The notes beneath the pieces are model-generated. The model was not told the DNA's origin. It worked only from the letters and a program-made list of their open reading frames with translations, and did not search any database. Positions 48,541-57,944 of a stretch of 64,000 nucleotides of DNA are shown here, piece after piece. Made by a program: the position numbers and the translations under genes. Origin of the DNA: Longimicrobiales bacterium (lineage in GTDB: Bacteria > Gemmatimonadota > Gemmatimonadetes > Longimicrobiales > Gaopeijiaceae); contig OZ241892.1 of the NCBI GenBank assembly GCA_965203485.1, forward strand, positions 1,984,001 to 2,048,000, given 5' to 3'. Numbering within the stretch: position 1 is the first letter of the stretch; every line of letters begins with the position of its first letter.

Positions 48541-49687
48541 TCATCACCTCGTTGATGATTCGCTTTACACGATTGAACCTCGTGCGCACCTGTTCAATCG
48601 TCTGCGTGCCAATAGAAATGCTATCGTGGAAAACGCGATCGGTCATCAGATCGTCAAATCTGTTCGCCAGCGACGTTCTTCGCTCGATCAATGCCTCTTC
48701 GTCCAATTCCGGAACCTGGGCTAGCGCAACCGACAAACACTCGAATAACGGCTTGTTGATGACACTCCGACCGCCGGACCGAGCCCTGGGCTTGCGGAAC
48801 GCATTGTTTCCGAACAACTCTCTGGCCAATCTCATGGATCTGAAAAATGCTTGTCGCATTTCTTCTTTTGCGCTCTCATCCATGTCCGCATTGATGTTCT
48901 TCATGGCTTTCGCGAGGAAGGCATCCAAATTCCCGTTGTAGGAATTCAAGTCTTGACAATAGAATGCCACGAAACGCAATACACATTCGCGGTCGGCCAT
49001 TCTCCGAGGGCTTACGCTCTCGTCAGTGGCGCGGCGAAACTCCGCGCTCTCGGCTAGTTCATTGACCAAGTCACGTGCTGACCCCGGATTGAGAGCATGC
49101 CGAATCTCTTGGGGGGTGAGCGGTTTGCCGCCGGTATTGACTCGCTTGAAGACATTGAACATCACCTCGGGTGGAGTGCCGGCGTCGATTACATGAAACG
49201 CAAGTTGAGTCTCGTCGATGCGACGCCGCATGTCCCTGGGAAGATCGTCGTAGGCATTTCTTTCAAATTGGGAAAGGTATTCCATGCCGCGGAGCTTGAG
49301 TTTCTTGTCGAGCACGAAGCTCTTGATCGAATAAAGGCGTTGAAGACCATCGACGACCTGCCATTTGTTGTCGCGGTCGGCCGCCATGTAGAATACCGGC
49401 AATGGAATACGCAAAAGCAACGACTCGATCAGTCGGCTTTGCCTAGTATTGTCCCATATTCCGGCGTTGCGCTGAAAATCTGGATTCAGGTCGATTTCGT
49501 CGTATTTCAATCGCTTTATCACGAGATCCACAGTGGGCGTCTTCGTGGAGATGGATATCCGCGTGGGATCGAACGGCTGAACGATTTCGGGAGCATCTCC
49601 ATCCATCCTTTCTTCTTCGACACCGTACCCTTCTTCGGCGCCCTCCTCTCGCGGTCCCTCCGTGGTCACGGGCGGGCGAACTGACAT
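48533..49687 (-). CDS. DUF262 (ParB-like / GmrSD N-terminal) protein
   Basis: LNPDFQR, QSRLIESLLLRIPLP, VVDGLQRL, VFKRVNTGG. Confidence 0.9.
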   Translation of the reverse strand: MSVRPPVTTEGPREEGAEEGYGVEEERMDGDAPEIVQPFDPTRISISTKTPTVDLVIKRLKYDEIDLNPDFQRNAGIWDNTRQSRLIESLLLRIPLPVFYMAADRDNKWQVVDGLQRLYSIKSFVLDKKLKLRGMEYLSQFERNAYDDLPRDMRRRIDETQLAFHVIDAGTPPEVMFNVFKRVNTGGKPLTPQEIRHALNPGSARDLVNELAESAEFRRATDESVSPRRMADRECVLRFVAFYCQDLNSYNGNLDAFLAKAMKNINADMDESAKEEMRQAFFRSMRLARELFGNNAFRKPRARSGGRSVINKPLFECLSVALAQVPELDEEALIERRTSLANRFDDLMTDRVFHDSISIGTQTIEQVRTRFNRVKRIINEVMND

Positions 49688-50006
49688 CGAATCGCTTGTC
49701 GTCCCCTCCGCCGCGCCTGGGCGAGCCGACGGCCTCACGACGGCTGCCGGCCGGCTGTCGGCGCGCGGCCCGGCGTCGGCGGACTCGACGGTAGGGTTGG
49801 GCATCGGATCGTGGGATGGCAAGGAGAATAGCGCCGGTAAGGGGGGGGCAGGTCGGCAGGAGCACCGGAACATTCAAGTGTCGCAACCAGTGCCCGGGGA
49901 GTCAACTGCGGCCGAGGTCGCTGGTCGGTCCCGGTTCTCCGCCGGCGTGTGGTACGACGCCTCCCGTCTTGCGAATCGCCCGCGTGGGGTTGCCAAAGCG
50001 GCCCAC

Positions 50007-50121
50007 CCGGTCAGTCCTCTTGCGCCTGCACCTCTTCTCCCAGCACAAGCCATCGGCGCATGCTTCTCTCGCGCCACTCCTCGCGGGCCTGAGGCTCTTC
50101 CAAACTCGATTGCTCGGGAAC
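50007..50121 (-). repeat. Degenerate, internally deleted copy of the Cys-rich peptide gene
   Basis: 50023-50076 matches 43338-43391 (GAREACADGLCWEKRCRR). 50007-50024 matches the stop region 43252-43268. Confidence 0.8.
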
Positions 50122-50149
50122 CGGCTTCCGTCCATCAGCAGGCCTCGAG

Positions 50150-50288
50150 GCGACACGCGATGGCTTCCGGAGCGGACTCGCCAGGCTCGTTCGAGAGTGT
50201 CACCGGCGGAAAAGTGTCCGGGCGGTCCGGGCGCCGCGACTCCGCAGCAGTTGCCCGGATCCTTGTGGACGACGATGGCGAATCGCAT
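50150..50288 (-). pseudogene. hicB: HicB-like antitoxin remnant
   Basis: MRFAIVVHKDPGNCCGVAAPGPPGHFSAGDTLERA, then EAIACRLE in another frame. Confidence 0.65.
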
Positions 50289-50339
50289 GATTGCTCGTCT
50301 GCCTCCCTTCGGGCCGACCGAGGGTGAGCCGGCCGTTCA

Positions 50340-50460
50340 GCTCGAACGATCGCGCCGGTTGCAGTGAGCTGTGCTTGCACGGGCGCTTGGGGTCACCAAG
50401 CCACGTCGCTCGGGATGGACGAACTGCCAGTGACTCCCCGGTGTGCAGTCTGCACACCCG
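50340..50460 (-). pseudogene. hicA: HicA-like toxin remnant
   Basis: GSHWQFVHPERRGLVT, directly upstream of the hicB remnant. Confidence 0.6.
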
Positions 50461-50502
50461 CGCGGCAACGGTCCACCGTGGCCCCACCCACCCAACACGA
50501 AA

Positions 50503-53500
50503 ATGCCCGAACGCCCCTCCCTCCTCGACAACCTGGCCGACGCCACCCACCACGGCGACGGCCTCTCCTACCTCGCCGCCGACTTCGACGACCGCCACGC
50601 GCTTTCCGTGGCCACCGGCTACGTCAACCTGGGCGGCCTGTGCCACTTGGCGGCCGTCGCCGAGGGCCGGGGCCGGGAGACTCGGCTGCTGTTGGGCGCC
50701 ATTCCAACGGGCATCGGCGACGAAGTCCCGGCCACGCTGTTCGAACGCACGCTCCTGGCGCTGGGCGAGGAACGCGATCTGTCCCGTTTTCCGCCCAGCC
50801 GGGCGCTGAAGCGGATGCTGGCCGTCGAGGAATGGCTGGACCGGCCCGACGTGGCCGTGCGGCGCTACGTGGACAAGTTCCTCCACGGCAAGGCGTACCT
50901 GTTCGGCAACGCGGAGGACGCGCGCGCGGCGCTGGTGACGTCGGCCAACCTGACTTCGGCGGGCCTTTGGCGGAACCTGGAGCTCGGCCTCGTTCACTAC
51001 GATCCGCCGGTGGCCAAGCGGGCGGTGCAATGGTTCGACGCGCTCTGGGAGGCGTCGGCCGACTTCAAGGACCAGCTCCGCGACCTGCTCTTTCCCGACC
51101 CAGGACTGCTCGACCCGCACACGGTCTACCTGCGCGCCCTGCTGGAGCTCTTCGGCGACGACTTGGACGAGGACGACTCGGCGCCGCAGGCCAGCGAACT
51201 CGATCTGGCGCCGTTCCAGGACGACGGCTTTCGCCGCGCGCTCTCCATCGTACGCAGGCACCGGGGCGTCGTCTACGCGGACGGCGTGGGCACGGGCAAG
51301 ACCGAGATCGGCTTGGCGTTCGTGGAGGAGTACGCGGTGCGGCGCGGCCTTCACGTCCTGGTGGTCGTGCCGGCCCAGCTGCGCAAGCATTGGCGCGAGC
51401 GGCTCGACCAGACGCGGTTGCCCGCGCAGGTGATCAGCTACCAGGAGTTCGCCTCCGACCCGCAGCTCGCCGATCCGGGTCGTCGCTCTCGGCCCGGCAA
51501 CCGCGCGCTCTCCAACGACAAGGACGTCTACAGACTGGTCGTCTTCGACGAGGCTCACGCGCTGCGCAACCCAGCGACGACCTGGTACGGCGCGCTGTCG
51601 CGGTTGCTGGGCGGCGAGCAGAAGGACCTCGTGCTGCTGACCGCCACGCCCATCAACAACGGGCTCTGGGACTTGTACCACCTGGTCATGGCGTTCGCAC
51701 GGCACGACGGGGCGTTCGACGGCGCGGGCATTCGGTCGCTGCGGGACTTGTTCGCGCGGGCCGGCGCCAACCGGACCCACGCCGAAAACCTGAACCCGGA
51801 CGTGCTCTTCGGCTTGGCCGACATGGTGAGCGTGCGGCGCGACCGCGGCTTCATCGTGCGCGAGTATCCCGGCGCGGTCTTTCCCGACGGCACGCCCGTC
51901 GCGTTCCCCGAACCCCGCTTGGCCACGGAGCGCTACGACCTGGACGACGCCGGTCCCGGCCTGGCCACGCACATCGCCGAGCGCATCGACGCGTTGCACA
52001 TGGCGCGCTACTGCCCGAGCCGCTACCACAACAACCGCTCGCTGGAGACCCGCGAAGTCGTGCTCAGCGCCCTGTTGCGGTCGGGCGTGCTGAAGCGGCT
52101 GGAGTCGTGCTGGCACGCGTGCCTGCTGACCGTGAAGCGGATGCTGGCGGCCCACCGAGCCTTTCTGGCGGCGTGGGACGAGGGCTGGGCGCCGGGCGCC
52201 GAATCCCTGCGCGAAGCCGGCGCCGACTTGGACGAATCGGGACTGGCGCAGTGGTTGGCGGGCGCGCTGGCGGAAGACGCGGACTCGGAGCCCGCCGACA
52301 ACTACGACCCCGCCTTTCGCGACCACGTCGAGCACGATCTGGCCCTGCTGGAGGAGATACGGGCGCGCCTGGCCTCGCTGCGGCCCGAGGACGATCCCAA
52401 GCTGGCCCTGCTGCGCCGCGTGCTGGACTCGTCGCCGGCCAAGAAGGTGGCCGTGTTCACGACCTTCGCCGACACGGTGCGCTATCTGGACGACCACTTG
52501 CCGGAGTCCGTCGCCGACCGCGCCCGGATCGCCGTCGTGGGCGCGGAGACGAACCCCGACCAGCGCACCGCCATGCTGTCGCGATTCTGCCCCGACACCG
52601 TCGTGCGCCCCGGATACGAGCCGCCCGAGGGCGAGGTGGACCTGCTGCTGAGCAACGACGTGCTCTCCGAGGGCCAGAACCTGCAGCAGGCGGCGGCCGT
52701 GGTCAGCTACGACATGCCGTGGAACCCGCAGCGCATGGTCCAGCGCTACGGCCGCGTCATTCGCCTCAAGAGCCCCCATGCCGAAGTGCATCTGACCACG
52801 ATGCTCCCCGAACCGGGCGACCTCGAGGTGATCCTCAAGTTGGAGCGCGCGATCCGGCGCAAGATCGTGGCGGCCCAGCCGTTCGGCATGGAAGTGGAAG
52901 TCGTGGACGACGCGGAGGACGAGACGCAGACGTACGCGGCCCGATTGGCAGACGGCGACGCCGCGCTGCTCGACGAAGCGGGGGGCGGGCCGGGCGGCGC
53001 CGAGAACGCGGGCAGCCCCAGCAGCGAGGCGTTGCGAGCCGAGCTGCGCCGCGAGCTTGCCGAGGGCCGGGGAGACGAGTTGCGGAAGTTGCCCTGGGGA
53101 GTGGGCGCTGCGTTTCGGCAGGGTCCGGGCGTGCCGTCGGCCGGGGCGCCCGGGGTCTTCTTCGCCTGCCGGGTGCGGGGCGAACGCTGCTGGCGCTATG
53201 TCGACGGCCACGGCGTGCTGTCGGAGCCGGCGGCGATCCTGCGGCGCATCGATCCCGGCTCGGCGCCCGGCCTGGATCTCGGCGGCGACGGCGCAGGCCC
53301 GAGCTCCGGCGGCGGTTTCCGCCCTGCTGCCGGCGAAGACGCGGAGTTCGACCTGGAAGCGGCATGGACCAAGGCCGCCGCGTCCATTGTGGAGACGTGC
53401 AATGCGGATGCGACAGGCGCGGCCGCTCCGCTCCGGTCCGCCGGCGAGATCCAGAACTGGGCGCTGGCCCTGCTCGCCGATCCCTCGGTCGCCGTGCCGC

Positions 53501-53823
53501 CCGGCGGCGATACCGCGTACGAGGCCCTGCGCGTCGGCCGCAGCCAGCCCGTCCGCCGGGCACTGGGCCGGATCAAGCGCGAAGCCGAACGCAACGAGAT
53601 CACCCGCAACGACGCCGCGCTCCGCATCGCCGAAGTGGTCCGCACGTTCGGCCTGCGCACCGTGGAGCCGCCCGCGGCGCGGTCTCCGGTCACCGAGGAC
53701 GACGTGGGCGTGGTCTGCTGGATGGCCGTGTGCGCGCCGCCCGCCCAAGGGAGTTCCTTCAGCGAGCCGGAAGGCGGAACCGACGGGGATGCTCCTGAAG
53801 GCCGCCGCCACAACCCCCGTTGA
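50503..53823 (+). CDS. PLD-nuclease domain + SNF2/SF2 helicase
   Basis: VATGYV, FLHGKAY, TSANLT, ADGVGTGKT, VFDEAH, LLTATP, LSEGQNLQ, DMPWNP..QRYGRVIR. Confidence 0.9.
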   Translation: MPERPSLLDNLADATHHGDGLSYLAADFDDRHALSVATGYVNLGGLCHLAAVAEGRGRETRLLLGAIPTGIGDEVPATLFERTLLALGEERDLSRFPPSRALKRMLAVEEWLDRPDVAVRRYVDKFLHGKAYLFGNAEDARAALVTSANLTSAGLWRNLELGLVHYDPPVAKRAVQWFDALWEASADFKDQLRDLLFPDPGLLDPHTVYLRALLELFGDDLDEDDSAPQASELDLAPFQDDGFRRALSIVRRHRGVVYADGVGTGKTEIGLAFVEEYAVRRGLHVLVVVPAQLRKHWRERLDQTRLPAQVISYQEFASDPQLADPGRRSRPGNRALSNDKDVYRLVVFDEAHALRNPATTWYGALSRLLGGEQKDLVLLTATPINNGLWDLYHLVMAFARHDGAFDGAGIRSLRDLFARAGANRTHAENLNPDVLFGLADMVSVRRDRGFIVREYPGAVFPDGTPVAFPEPRLATERYDLDDAGPGLATHIAERIDALHMARYCPSRYHNNRSLETREVVLSALLRSGVLKRLESCWHACLLTVKRMLAAHRAFLAAWDEGWAPGAESLREAGADLDESGLAQWLAGALAEDADSEPADNYDPAFRDHVEHDLALLEEIRARLASLRPEDDPKLALLRRVLDSSPAKKVAVFTTFADTVRYLDDHLPESVADRARIAVVGAETNPDQRTAMLSRFCPDTVVRPGYEPPEGEVDLLLSNDVLSEGQNLQQAAAVVSYDMPWNPQRMVQRYGRVIRLKSPHAEVHLTTMLPEPGDLEVILKLERAIRRKIVAAQPFGMEVEVVDDAEDETQTYAARLADGDAALLDEAGGGPGGAENAGSPSSEALRAELRRELAEGRGDELRKLPWGVGAAFRQGPGVPSAGAPGVFFACRVRGERCWRYVDGHGVLSEPAAILRRIDPGSAPGLDLGGDGAGPSSGGGFRPAAGEDAEFDLEAAWTKAAASIVETCNADATGAAAPLRSAGEIQNWALALLADPSVAVPPGGDTAYEALRVGRSQPVRRALGRIKREAERNEITRNDAALRIAEVVRTFGLRTVEPPAARSPVTEDDVGVVCWMAVCAPPAQGSSFSEPEGGTDGDAPEGRRHNPR

Positions 53824-54139
53824 GGGGCCTTCCGGCTAGGCGCGGCCGTCGGGCGCCATGGACGACCCTCCCCCGCTCCCCGCGTCCGGCCGCGGCGCAC
53901 GCTCGCCGGCCAACCGCGTCGGCAAAGGGGTTGCGCTCCGGCGCGGAATTGCGACATTGCGAGCCCCCAAGAGCGGCGCCGACACGCCTCGCGGCAACGG
54001 CTTGCCTCTTGGCGTCGAGCCCGCCGGGGGGGCGCCCGCGCATGCCGTCCACCGCCCCGGCGACGGCCGATCAGAGCCGAACGCGCAACGCCGTGCCCCC
54101 GCAGGCGCGACCGCTTGCCGAACCCGAGGAGCAATCGAC

Positions 54140-55192
54140 ATGGCCGACTTCGCGGCGAACGTGGTTCGAGTCGGGATCGAGGAGCATCCGAACGCCGACG
54201 CGCTGGAGATCGGCAAGGTGAACGACGTGACCGTCATCGTTGCCAAGGGCAAGTACGAGACCGGCGATCTCGCCGCGTACATTCCCGAGGCGGCGATCGT
54301 CCCCGACGACGTCCTCGAGCTGCTGGGCCTTTCCGGCAAGCTGGCCGGAAAGCAGAAGAACAGGGTGAAGGCGATCAAGCTGCGGGGCGTCGTGTCCGGC
54401 GGACTGCTGCACCCGCTCGGCCAGGGGCGGCTGGCGGGCGTCGCGCTGGCCGAGGGAGACGACGTGACGGAACTGCTGGGCTTGGTCAAGTACGAACCGC
54501 CGATCCCGGTGACGATGGCTGGGCAGGTCTTCGCGGCCCAAGGCGCGACGGTCAAGTACGACATCGACAGCATTCGCCGCTACCCCGAGCTTCTGCCCCG
54601 GCAGGCGCCCGTCGTCGTCACGGAAAAGCTTCACGGAACTTGGTGCTGCATGGGCTGGCACCCCGGCTTCGGCGACATTGTGAGTTCGAAGGGCATGAGC
54701 GGCCGCGGGCTGGCTCTTCGCCTGACGGAAGAAAACGAGGGCAACTTGTACGTCCGCGCGTTCCGGGCTTGGGGCGAGTGGCTGGAGGCGGCTCTCGGAC
54801 ACCATCGAAAGTCGGAGATCCCGTACTACGTCCTGGGCGAGGTCTTCGGGCGCGGCGTGCAGGACCTTCACTACGGTCTGCCCAATCCTGGATTCCGCGT
54901 CTTCGACGTGAGGGTCGGCCCCCGCTACCTGCCGTGGCCGGAGGTCGAGGCGCTCGCGGCGGCGGACGGAGGGCCCGGCGTCGTCCCGGTCCTCGGCGTC
55001 GTGGAGGACTGGCCCGAAGCCGAGAAGTACGTCGCCGGCGACACGACCTTGGGGGGCGAGCACGTCCGAGAGGGCGTCGTCATGCGCCTGATGGACGCTT
55101 CTTGGAGCGTAGGCGACTCCGGGGACCGCCCGATCGCGAAGTGGGTCAGCGACGCCTTCCGCGTGCGCAAGGGCGGCACGGACTTCAACTGA
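54140..55192 (+). CDS. ATP-dependent RNA ligase (Rnl2-like / DRB0094 family)
   Basis: GAGGAG RBS, HPNADALE, IKLRGVVS.G, KYEPP, motif I TEKLHGT, GEVFG, FDV, REGVV, KWVS. Confidence 0.9.
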   Translation: MADFAANVVRVGIEEHPNADALEIGKVNDVTVIVAKGKYETGDLAAYIPEAAIVPDDVLELLGLSGKLAGKQKNRVKAIKLRGVVSGGLLHPLGQGRLAGVALAEGDDVTELLGLVKYEPPIPVTMAGQVFAAQGATVKYDIDSIRRYPELLPRQAPVVVTEKLHGTWCCMGWHPGFGDIVSSKGMSGRGLALRLTEENEGNLYVRAFRAWGEWLEAALGHHRKSEIPYYVLGEVFGRGVQDLHYGLPNPGFRVFDVRVGPRYLPWPEVEALAAADGGPGVVPVLGVVEDWPEAEKYVAGDTTLGGEHVREGVVMRLMDASWSVGDSGDRPIAKWVSDAFRVRKGGTDFN

Positions 55193-55353
55193 CGACGAAC
55201 CGTCGGACGAAGGAGGCCAGCGATCAAGGCGTGCGCGAAAGACGTCGGTTGCACCATGCGCCCAGGCGATCTCGCGTGTCCCTGCGTGCGGCGATATCCG
55301 CGCGTCGCGGACCTGGCGGCGAGCCGCAACCACCCGCGCGGACGGGAGCCGGC

Positions 55354-56151
55354 ATGAGCGGGCATCGCGGCTTCGTCACCTATCAGAGCTACCTCAGGCT
55401 TCCCGAGCTGCTGTCTCTCCAGCAACCGCTCGCGGACCCCGAGGAGCACGACGAGATGCTCTTCATCGTCGTCCACCAAGTCTACGAGCTGTGGTTCAAG
55501 GTCCTGCTCCACGAGATGGACGAAGTGGGCGAGCGCCTGGACCGAGGCGAGGCGCACCGGGCCGCCACCGGACTCAAGCGCGTGCTCAAGATCCTCAAGG
55601 TGCTGGTCGCGCAACTGGACATTCTGGAGACGATGACGCCGGTGGACTTCAACTCGTTCCGGCACCGCCTCGAGTCCGCCAGCGGCTTCCAGTCCGCCCA
55701 GTTCAGAGAACTCGAGTTCGTGCTCGGGCACAAGCGGGCGTCCGTCGCGAGCCGGTTTCCGGCCGACTCCGCAGAACGCGACCGCCTGGACGGCCGCTTG
55801 GCCGAGCCCGCGCTCTGGGACCGCTTCCTCGGCTTTCTCGCCGCCCGGGGCTACTCCGTGCCCGCCACGGCGCTGGACCGCGATTTCGCCACGCCCGCCG
55901 CACCCGACGAGCGCGTGCAGGCCGAGCTGGTCCGCATCTACCGGCAGGACCCCGAGCTCACCAGCCTCTGCGAGCAGCTCGTCGATCTGGACGAAGGGGT
56001 CCAGGAGTGGCGCTACCATCACGTCAAGATGGTCGAGCGGACTATCGGCGCGAGGCCGGGAACGGGAGGATCGTCGGGAGCGGCGTACCTCAAGTCCACT
56101 CTGGGGCGGCCCGCGTTCCCCGACCTGTGGGCGATCCGGGTCGCGCTGTGA
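55354..56151 (+). CDS. kynA: Tryptophan 2,3-dioxygenase
   Basis: YQSYL.L..LLSLQ, HDEMLFIVVHQVYELWFK, SASGFQSAQFRELE, WRYHHVKMVERTIG..GTGGSSG. Confidence 0.95.
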   Translation: MSGHRGFVTYQSYLRLPELLSLQQPLADPEEHDEMLFIVVHQVYELWFKVLLHEMDEVGERLDRGEAHRAATGLKRVLKILKVLVAQLDILETMTPVDFNSFRHRLESASGFQSAQFRELEFVLGHKRASVASRFPADSAERDRLDGRLAEPALWDRFLGFLAARGYSVPATALDRDFATPAAPDERVQAELVRIYRQDPELTSLCEQLVDLDEGVQEWRYHHVKMVERTIGARPGTGGSSGAAYLKSTLGRPAFPDLWAIRVAL

Positions 56152-56218
56152 CGGGCTCCGTCCACGCCTCCCGGCCCGGACCGTCTCGTCGCGACGGACG
56201 TCGGGACACGTGCAGCAC

Positions 56219-56821
56219 ATGAGCCTCCAAGACGCCATCGCTGACCTACACAGAATCGCGATCGTCGACGGGAAGCCGACATCTACGGCACGATTGCGTG
56301 TATTGGCACAGTTCGTCGTCGACGAACTCGCCCAACGCGGTCTTGTTGGCGCACTCACGGAGGCGTCCGTGGCCGGTGGCGCGAGACGCAAGTCGTGGGA
56401 TGTATCTTGGAATGTAGACGGAAAGCCCAGATTGGTTGTTTCGCTAAAGTCGTTACTCAGGAACCTCGGAGGCACGGTACCAAATCGAATTGACGATCTG
56501 ATTGGTGAAGTAACCAACGTCCAGATGTATTCACCTGAAATTGTGACCGGATACGTCATGGTGTTCAATGTCGCCGAAGACGCGTTCAGTCCGCGGCATC
56601 AATGTACGTGGTCCGAGTTGTTGCGGAATCGCATTCAGCGACTCTCAGGCCGCCGACCGCCGTCGTGGAGCACCGGCATGATTGAAGCGTCGTGGTTTGT
56701 CGAGGTAGACTTTGCGCACGGTCCCCGGATCGTGTCCAGCCAAGAAGGTGGAAGAGGCTTCTTCGATTGCCTGGTCGAACAGGTTCGCAAGAGAAACCCG
56801 TCGATTGGCAAGACATCGTGA
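56219..56821 (+). CDS. Putative PD-(D/E)xK type II restriction endonuclease (XhoI/PaeR7I-like)
   Basis: EASVAG..RKSWDV...VSLKS..VPNRIDDLIGE. Lower GC; GTGA-coupled to a methylase. Confidence 0.65.
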   Translation: MSLQDAIADLHRIAIVDGKPTSTARLRVLAQFVVDELAQRGLVGALTEASVAGGARRKSWDVSWNVDGKPRLVVSLKSLLRNLGGTVPNRIDDLIGEVTNVQMYSPEIVTGYVMVFNVAEDAFSPRHQCTWSELLRNRIQRLSGRRPPSWSTGMIEASWFVEVDFAHGPRIVSSQEGGRGFFDCLVEQVRKRNPSIGKTS

Positions 56822-57777
56822 AGACGATGGCCGCGCTGGTCGACAGGCACTTGCCGAGCGTCGATCTTTCCGAGGCATCCCTGAAGACGACGTTGCCGCA
56901 AGTGGCCAAGAACCCCGAGCAAGTGGCGCGGGTCGCGGACGCCTTGCGGGAGGTGCCGTCGCGGCACCGGATGGTGCGGGGCGACGCGCGGCTCTTGTCG
57001 CGAGTTGTGAAGGAACCGGTCCACTTGGTCGTCACGTCGCCGCCGTACTGGACGCTGAAGGAGTACAAGGACGGCGCCGACCAGCTTGGTCACGTTGCGG
57101 ACTACGACGCGTTCGTGAACGAGGTTGCCAAGGTATGGCGCGAGTGCAACCGCGTGCTGGCGCCTGGAGGCCGTTTGGTCGTCGTAGTGGGCGACGTCTG
57201 CCTTTCTCGGCGGCGGCACGGCCGACATGTGGTCTATCCGCTCCATGCAAGCATCCAGGAATCCTGCCGCAGATTGGGATTCGACAACTTGGCGCCGATC
57301 ATTTGGCACAAGATTGCCAACGCGGACTTCGAGATGGGACCCGGCGGCTTCCTCGGCAAGCCCTACGAACCGAACGCCATCGTCAAGAACGACATCGAGT
57401 TCATTCTCATGCAGCGCAAGCCAGGGGGCTACCGCAGCCCTACGCTCGCGGCGCGGGCCATGAGCGTCATTGCCGAAGCCGACCACCGCAAGTGGTTCCG
57501 TCAGATCTGGACTTTACCGGGCGCATCGACCCGGGACCATCCCGCCCCCTATCCCCTGGAACTCGCCAGCCGTCTCGTGCGCATGTTCTCGTTCGTGGGC
57601 GACACGGTTCTGGATCCGTTCCTGGGAACGGGAACGACGTCGCTTGCCGCCGCCTTGGCCGGCCGCAACAGCGTCGGCATGGAGGTCAGCCCGGACTACC
57701 TCGACCTAGCCCGACGCCGCTTCCTGGCCGAGGGGAACGACATCTTCGGCCTGTGGAACCTGGAGGTCGTGGGGTAG
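56818..57777 (+). CDS. N4-C/N6-A DNA methyltransferase (beta class)
   Basis: VVTSPPYW precedes HPAPYP and VLDPFLGTGTT. Confidence 0.92.
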   Translation: MKTMAALVDRHLPSVDLSEASLKTTLPQVAKNPEQVARVADALREVPSRHRMVRGDARLLSRVVKEPVHLVVTSPPYWTLKEYKDGADQLGHVADYDAFVNEVAKVWRECNRVLAPGGRLVVVVGDVCLSRRRHGRHVVYPLHASIQESCRRLGFDNLAPIIWHKIANADFEMGPGGFLGKPYEPNAIVKNDIEFILMQRKPGGYRSPTLAARAMSVIAEADHRKWFRQIWTLPGASTRDHPAPYPLELASRLVRMFSFVGDTVLDPFLGTGTTSLAAALAGRNSVGMEVSPDYLDLARRRFLAEGNDIFGLWNLEVVG

Positions 57778-57824
57778 TCGAAGGCGACGGCGGGGCTTCC
57801 CCCGAACTGCCGGCCAACCGAACT

Positions 57825-57940
57825 TCCGTCGTGGTCACGCGGTCATGCGTGGCCGCCAGCGCGATTATTATTACGGATTCGGGCTCAAAACGAAATAACG
57901 CTCATCCTTATTCAAGAAAATGCAGGCAAAACGGAATAAG
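57825..57940. repeat. Dispersed element of about 120 bp, copy 2
   Basis: TTATTA-N19-AAATAA-N9-TTATTC-N20-GAATAA at 57868-57939, preceded by CGCGGTCATGCGTGGCCGC as in copy 1. Confidence 0.7.
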
Positions 57941-57944
57941 GGGG

